NCBI GenBank assembly: GCA_041752695.1
Contig: JBGSVZ010000087.1
Coordinates: 1 to 14,719 of the forward strand
DNA: 14,719 bases
Source: Terrimicrobiaceae bacterium
GTDB taxonomy: Bacteria > Verrucomicrobiota > Verrucomicrobiia > Chthoniobacterales > Terrimicrobiaceae
Direction: 5' to 3'
Both the position numbers and the translations under genes were made by a program. How positions within the stretch are numbered: the stretch's first letter is position 1; the number at the start of each line of letters is the position of its first letter. The notes below the pieces were generated by a model that saw only the letters and a program-made list of their open reading frames with translations, made no database searches and was not told the origin of the DNA. Below, piece after piece: positions 14,365 through 14,719 of the stretch.

Positions 14365-14719
14365 TCAAATGGTGCGGGTGGCGAGAGGAGAATTCGGGGG
14401 AAGAGGTTGCGCCTTGGAGGCGTGAGAATGGAACGCGGCTTCGGCCGCGTGGGGCGTGCTGATGCTGCCTTTGTGATGGGAAACCGTGCCGCGGTCATGA
14501 TCCACGACGGCAAAAGCGTTGGGTGCGGTTTGGTGCGCCACCATGGCCGGGTTTTCGCTATTGGTGGCGGAATCGCCTCCTTGCGACGGTGCGGGGACAG
14601 GCGGCGGCGGAGGCACGTCGGAGGAACCGCCTGCCATCGAACCCGAAACATCGCTGGCAATCCGGCCCGCCGCACCAGCTCCTCCGGCGGCCGCCTGCGC
14701 CCCAGCAAGCGCACCTTGC
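14365..14719 (-). CDS. C-terminal part of a probable VirB6/TrbL-like protein (truncated by the window end)
   Basis: The frame of track ORF 14365..14637 stays open to the window edge (QGALAGAQAAAGGAGAAGRIASDVSGSMAGG...). Such Gly/Ala-rich tails are typical of TrbL/VirB6, and it lies upstream of the virB8-like gene. The TM core is not visible. Confidence 0.5.
   Translation of the reverse strand, partial: QGALAGAQAAAGGAGAAGRIASDVSGSMAGGSSDVPPPPPVPAPSQGGDSATNSENPAMVAHQTAPNAFAVVDHDRGTVSHHKGSISTPHAAEAAFHSHASKAQPLPPNSPLATRTI

Larger units (their letters stand above)
8023..14719. mobile_element. Integrative conjugative element (one end) inserted at the 3' end of tRNA-Cys; continues beyond the window
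   Basis: An integrase begins 177 nt after the tRNA, followed by a TA module, an excisionase-like gene and a T4SS core operon. The region looks more AT-rich than the backbone (judged by eye). The second att site, relaxase and VirB4 are not in the window. Confidence 0.85.

Noticed and set aside
14352..14714. 120-aa minus-strand ORF overlapping the virB8-like start by ATGA
   Set aside because: Arg/Pro-rich, off-frame-looking sequence. The alternative frame ending at 14365 is open to the window edge and has a TrbL-like Gly/Ala-rich composition.
8023..14719. Prophage interpretation of the island
   Set aside because: No capsid, terminase, tail or lysis genes are seen, and the cargo is T4SS-like.
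1..14719. CRISPR array, rRNA, IS element, or second copy of the tRNA 3' end
   Set aside because: By eye I found no regularly spaced 25-40 bp repeats, rRNA-like sequence, transposase motif or duplicated att core.

Overview
The window has two parts. Bases 1-8022 are GC-rich bacterial chromosomal backbone, probably from a verrucomicrobium/PVC-type organism (inferred from gene style and A/C-rich starts lacking Shine-Dalgarno motifs). This part holds the 5' portion of hrpA, a SnoaL-like protein, an orphan MalK/UgpC-family ABC ATPase with a small membrane protein, gatC-gatA without an adjacent gatB, a CX5R phosphatase-like protein, cupin, DUF3817-like and YkvA-like genes, a secreted protein, and tRNA-Cys(GCA). 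From about 8023 to the window end is one end of a probable integrative conjugative element (ICE) inserted at tRNA-Cys. It carries an atypical tyrosine integrase in which the first catalytic Arg is replaced by Ser, with an R-x-K motif downstream as in Bacteroides IntDOT. Next is a HigBA-type toxin-antitoxin cassette with its own promoter and operator and a probably leaderless TTG-start toxin, then a strong hairpin terminator. Converging on these is a translationally coupled, divergent type IV secretion operon (VirB6-like tail, VirB8-like, VirB9-like, VirB10, TraV-like lipoprotein) that ends in an RHH-like gene, a hypothetical gene and an excisionase-like gene. All family assignments come from motifs read by eye; no searches were run.
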